From Penicillus capitatus (Eukaryota > Plantae > Chlorophyta), in the NCBI GenBank assembly GCA_965649825.1, contig OZ287710.1, forward strand, positions 186,001-250,000: a stretch of DNA of 64,000 nucleotides, written 5' to 3'. Positions 63,585 to 64,000 of the stretch are shown here, in pieces (the stretch's first letter is position 1; the number at the start of each line of letters is the position of its first letter). Below the pieces are notes generated by a model. The model made no database searches and was not told where the DNA came from. It saw nothing but the letters and a program-made list of their open reading frames with translations. Made by a program: the position numbers and the translations under genes.

Positions 63585-64000
63585 GGATGAGACATGTGTT
63601 GGCGGAGAAGGGGAAGGAGGTGTGGGGGGAAACTGTCCCAAGTGGCCCGACGGTTATCACATTCGGGATCGTAACATCGTTGCTGATACTTTAGATACTG
63701 AAGATCGACTAAGTAGTACACATGGTTGCTTTTGTGTGCACGTCCAATGCGAAGGCAGTAGTGTGATCCAGGTCCAACAACGTTGTACGAGACCATGCCG
63801 TCGTACCCCAGAAGCAGAACCTTCGTCACCTGTCACATCACAGAATGCTCCCGTGTCTTGAAGGAATTTGGGAAGTGCGTCACAGTGGCAGGTAATTGAG
63901 AGATGTGATGGATGAGGTTTTCGAGGACCGGAATGCAGGAGATGGCACGTTGTTCATAGTAACAGGGTCCGTGATCGACTTGAGACTTCTGCTGAAGCTC
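63581..64000 (-). CDS. PRIMPOL: PrimPol (CCDC111), C-terminal UL52-type zinc finger; 3' end only, gene continues past the window
   Basis: YCLRIGRAHKSNHVYYLVDL...QRCYDPEC (C-H-C-C); 54-nt intron ending at 63830. Confidence 0.88.

Noticed and set aside
1-64000. TAA/TAG-to-Gln reassignment, as in some ulvophytes
   Set aside because: Exons of up to 893 codons have no in-frame TAR, and several conserved genes end in TAA/TAG; the standard code fits.
1-64000. CRISPR arrays, rRNA, tRNA, prokaryotic islands
   Set aside because: No spaced direct repeats or RNA-gene signatures seen; all recognisable genes are eukaryotic and mostly spliced.

Overview
Compact eukaryotic nuclear DNA from a green alga, indicated by plastid-targeted PsbQ, GSA and pullulanase. 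It uses the standard genetic code and is roughly 50% GC. A siphonous ulvophyte (Bryopsidales-like) origin is only my inference. I reconstruct about 27 protein-coding genes by hand. Most are split by many short introns (mostly about 45-60 nt, a few GC-AG), so the ORF track fragments or reads through them. Genes sit in very tight blocks, with gaps of 14-120 nt. Three gene-poor stretches separate the blocks (about 23.5-25, 33-37.3 and 48.8-52.6 kb), two of which hold decayed Ty3/gypsy and PIF/Harbinger fossils. I found no rRNA, tRNA or CRISPR array. Best leads: (1) a ~900-aa STRA6-like (retinol-receptor family) membrane protein; (2) an apparent spliced fusion of ASC-1/TRIP4 (Rqt4) to an AlkB dioxygenase; (3) a Tudor-Tudor-HMG-HMG protein that begins with a histone H3 tail mimic; (4) a strongly over-represented GTCACATC/GATGTGAC motif that recurs at intron ends. 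All gene models and family calls come from manual translation and remembered family motifs, not database searches.
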